Shown here: piece by piece, positions 63,001-64,000 of the stretch
Position numbering within the stretch: position 1 is the first letter of the stretch
Layout: each line of letters begins with the position of its first letter
From: Gracilibacteraceae bacterium
Lineage (GTDB): Bacteria > Bacillota > Desulfitobacteriia > Desulfitobacteriales > Syntrophobotulaceae
Assembly: GCA_031270805.1 (NCBI GenBank)
Contig: JAISWK010000089.1
Coordinates: 18,235-82,234, forward strand
DNA length: 64,000 nucleotides
Direction of reading: 5' to 3'
The notes under the pieces: model-generated
What the model was told of the DNA's origin: nothing
The model's input: the letters and a program-made list of their open reading frames with translations, nothing else
The model's database searches: none
Translations under genes and position numbers: made by a program

Positions 63001-63999
63001 CCGCTCTCTCTCTGGGACGGGCGCGGCAGCGCGGTTGAGGGCGAACAGCCGGCCGCCCCTCTGCCGGTGCTTGTGACCTTCAACCTCGTTCCCACGAACG
63101 CCGGGGTGGTGGTCATAGGCGCCGACGACGCGGTCTTGCCGCCGGTAAGCGGACGCTCCTATCGCCTGACGCAGGGCGAGACCTATGCTTATAATATCAG
63201 CGCCGACGGCTACGAGACAGTCAGCGGCACGCTGGTTCCGGAGGCCGCCGAAACCATCGCGATCGGCTTGAAGCCGCTTTCGGCCGGGCAGTATGTACCC
63301 GGCTGGGATAAATGGCGGCCCTCCTTCGGCGTCTATCTTCTCTCCCGCGACGGCAAGAGCGGGACGCAGCTCGGCAACTGGAACTATGACGAGGCGCAGG
63401 GAACCTATGTAGGGCCGGATAGCGCCGCGCCTGATTTTATCGAAACCTTCTCCAGCCCCTATATCTACTCCGGTAACGACAACCTGCCGGGGGCCCGCCT
63501 GGGCGTGGTGCTGCGCGGCATACCCGCGTCGGAGCTGATCGCCTGGTATAACGGGCATAACGGCGCCGCCCCCGACGTCACGGCCGACAACTACCGGGAC
63601 TACGACGTCAAGCTCGGGACCAACTCCACATCCAGCGAGAATCCTTATGCCAGCAACGATCCGACGAAGCCCGGCCAGTGGGCTTGGCCGGGGGCGTTCG
63701 ACCAGTTCAGCGGCACATTACGCTACTACTACCCGGACTTCCTCACCGGCGCGAACAGCGGCTCCGCCATCACGACCAAGCTGCTGGGGGCGGGTGAATT
63801 GAGGGATTCCGTCATCGCGGTTCAGAGCTACAACGACCGGGTGAACCGGCTGCCTGAAGCCGTCGTCGGCGCCAACCTGCAGATCGACAATAAGAGCGAG
63901 CTGGACGCGGCGATTGCCTACATGGTGGGAGCGGCGGACACGGAACGGGCCCTCCGCAATTTTGAGGGCATGGCGCCGGGCGAGGACGGCCGGCTGAAC
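60097..63999 (+). CDS. very large secreted/surface protein with GLUG-like repeats, 3-prime end outside window (not in ORF track because it stays open)
   Basis: ATG after GAGAGGAAAAAAA. MGIYFAGSMKNSRLMAVLLIAVMILGFFVLP (signal/TM). The frame was checked stop-free at 17 sampled 60-nt stretches through to the window end. Repeats VGGIVGY (five copies), GGIAG and CVNSG. Confidence 0.75.
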   Translation, partial: MGIYFAGSMKNSRLMAVLLIAVMILGFFVLPDFSAGAVADDVVSLTLTLSERNITVGGNTVGLEFDKTVFSFDSLDTSVSEGRCTAEFRAETDLGFEYRVYAVGETLREAGVPVVVINLKINPDAPPGDYTILTTKVPKGPQLSDPTPSVITVEAGGIDVVADYGGRIRKGADGGYNVAVDSDKLGDGDKAGYVIDQLFVDGQAIPAASGQTSFQVTADDAPTRSIVALFEYTVNFNSPLNGTLSVKRGDTELTSGDIVRGGEVLTVEAVADSGYIAELQCTGLTPAGDSGQYIVTALRGEPAPEIGATFFPLGSLYSISSDTVVHGVLGHPAQAVVGAAVTVTAQPNFGFYLEDGSLVYRVGADSEAFLLTATATPAGYEFVMPGDSVTLSAVFLPIARTISVDCQPARGSVVVSRDTAPVGETISLTIQPDPGYVTAGLVVRGDESLAPVPLADKGSGGYEFVMPAEPVTVSLGFVYTVGQPPLGADGFYQISTAEHFLWFARTVNDGDGGINAVLLNDLDLTQLQPFTTIGGQYAAFSNTPFSGTFDGAGHTLTVDIDLSFEPEPQRQDYHTVGVFGFIGLGGVVRDLHVEGSVKGRASYVGGIVGYLQGGDIIGCTFSGTVTSEEIPSGSGSWLAGGIVASVSAANTGDLSANRDATITDCSVSGAICGSGTGSGGIIGQAIGNGTFDLSTIVSGCVNEADVFGASVRVGGIVGYASDTKIIDCRNVGTIQGASSFVGGIVGYTMGADEIKDCVNSGAVSGRSTVGGIAGQMGGTGSLSACVNSGPVEAAAADAGGIAGLFGSPGYLTGCLNTGAVTATQTRAGGITGSVDAGKLEGNYNGGPVALNAGAGSGISFVGGIVGYFDGYGFNWTYSHYGSLTGSYNTGPVVYTLEGEDVSENVGPVAGAYNDENKSYIADNYYAPDDGAEHWGAAAVSGTNLNAALAILESVSDEEIRYNEGGYPVPLSLWDGRGSAVEGEQPAAPLPVLVTFNLVPTNAGVVVIGADDAVLPPVSGRSYRLTQGETYAYNISADGYETVSGTLVPEAAETIAIGLKPLSAGQYVPGWDKWRPSFGVYLLSRDGKSGTQLGNWNYDEAQGTYVGPDSAAPDFIETFSSPYIYSGNDNLPGARLGVVLRGIPASELIAWYNGHNGAAPDVTADNYRDYDVKLGTNSTSSENPYASNDPTKPGQWAWPGAFDQFSGTLRYYYPDFLTGANSGSAITTKLLGAGELRDSVIAVQSYNDRVNRLPEAVVGANLQIDNKSELDAAIAYMVGAADTERALRNFEGMAPGEDGRLN

Positions 64000-64000
64000 A

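Overview
Visibly GC-rich Gram-positive (Clostridia-like) chromosomal segment, all calls made by eye from the sequence and ORF track. The centre (about 11.5-33.2 kb) is the conserved translation superoperon. It holds ssrA (tmRNA, tag ANNEYALAA), rpsL-rpsG-fusA-tuf, and the S10/spc/alpha clusters from rpsJ to rplQ with secY, adk, map, infA, rpmJ and rpoA. These are followed by truA-rplM-rpsI and murI. rpmD (L30) is absent between rpsE and rplO, and several proteins carry Cys4 or low-complexity additions. The left flank (0-11.4 kb) is an accessory island with two leaderless aryl-sulfotransferase-family genes, two permeases, trxB/trx and two LysR regulators. The right flank starts with a Cheo-box-preceded uvrB-uvrA operon translationally coupled to DUF218 and CDF genes. 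Next come a His-rich protein, a CooT-like protein and an orphan BcrA/BcrD-type ATPase pair, then a P1B ATPase lacking the CPC motif. The strongest candidate for a novel system is a minus-strand operon preceded by a sigma-54-type -24/-12 match. It encodes two Tat-less acetylene-hydratase-clade molybdopterin enzymes, a 4-cluster ferredoxin, an NrfD-type anchor and an embedded multi-cluster radical-SAM enzyme. Further right are an Fe-S aldo/keto reductase and an arylamine N-acetyltransferase. A 1.1 kb non-coding stretch then carries a duplicated consensus promoter driving a roughly 340-nt terminated RNA of unknown class. The window ends with two giant secreted repeat proteins. Accessory intergenic regions carry a family of mosaic hairpin repeats showing compensatory changes, an inverted module and a nested insertion.
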